Assembly: GCF_001194135.2 (NCBI RefSeq)
Contig: NC_068996.1
Coordinates: 18,269,553-18,333,552 of the forward strand
Direction: 5' to 3'
From: Octopus bimaculoides
Lineage: Eukaryota
DNA: 64,000 nt
Both the position numbers and the translations under genes were made by a program. Positions 63,291 to 64,000 of the stretch are shown one piece after another. Numbering within the stretch: position 1 is the first letter of the stretch; each line of letters begins with the position of its first letter. The notes beneath the pieces are model-generated. The model did not search any database. It worked only from the letters and a program-made list of their open reading frames with translations, and was not told the DNA's origin.

Positions 63291-63574
63291 CAAATTATAA
63301 GACTATCTTTGAAATTCATCAGACATCACAAAAGACGTGCATGGTTTGGACAGGGTTTATTGAGACAGATTTTCTATGCTTGTTGCCAATCCTCACCTGT
63401 TTCCAAGTAAATAAATATTTCCCTAGCCATACATGTTTCCACAGAATATTGGAAATGAATGAAACTGCCTCTATTACAATGACACTAATTTACAATTATC
63501 ATGCAATGTCAAGATAAGGAGAAGCACATACTTGCACATATATTTATACATACATACATACATACACATGTATG

Positions 63575-64000
63575 TCATTGTTCAGTTTTATTTCAAGATT
63601 TCTTGCCAATAGAATCTAACCTAGATTCAAGGCTCCTTCATTGGAATTTCAGTATCAACAACAGGGTGTTCTTGCTTGTATGTATGTATATGTGCAGATT
63701 TGTATGTTTTGCTTTATGTATGTATTCTCACGCATATAGTTGCATATCTAGACATGCTCATATATATTTAAAGGATAAACTTCTGGAAAGTTTTACAGGT
63801 TTTTACAGTTCCAGTGATGGATTGGATCTGTAGTCTTTGAATTAGCTTTTTCCTTTCTGGTTTTGAGAAGCCTAATTTCTCAAGATTGGTATTTGGACAG
63901 TGTGTTACATATCCCAGGGTGCCAATAATTACAGGTATAAACCTGAACTTGTAATCTGGACAGAGTAACTGCAGATTTCTCAAAAGTTCAACGTAGATAT
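63575..64000 (-). mobile_element. RLE LINE family B 3' end with UTR
   Basis: LQLLCPDYKFRFIPVIIGTLG..LQIQSITGTVK; AATAAA then a CATA/GTAT tract at 63545-63575. Confidence 0.85.

Noticed and set aside
51599-64000. Search for the next neurobeachin/LRBA exon (LVGG.FD..)
   Set aside because: Not found by eye; this interval appears intronic and repeat-filled.

Overview
Repeat-dense eukaryotic genomic DNA from a gapped draft assembly (11 N-gaps). The tRNA-derived SINE families and microsatellites resemble those I associate with octopus, so a cephalopod origin is inferred but not proven. Almost all long ORFs in the track are retrotransposon debris, microsatellite read-through or gap artefacts. Recognisable elements: a near full-length decayed RTE LINE; many R4/Dong-type RLE LINE fragments; CRE, L1/Tx1, CR1 and Penelope-like fragments; two mariners; an internally deleted Gypsy with both LTRs; two probable solo LTRs; several MITE-like elements; and a ~110-bp satellite split by nested insertions. 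The only convincing host coding sequence is one exon at 51419-51598 (+) resembling the N-terminal exon of neurobeachin/LRBA, with a candidate divergent promoter just upstream. The most interesting signals are strand-consistent targeting of (TAA)n tails by R4/Dong elements, a hammerhead-ribozyme-like motif, a SINE copy with twin-priming geometry, and 5' flank DNA copied in front of a 3' LTR. All homology calls come from motif recognition by eye; no database search was run.
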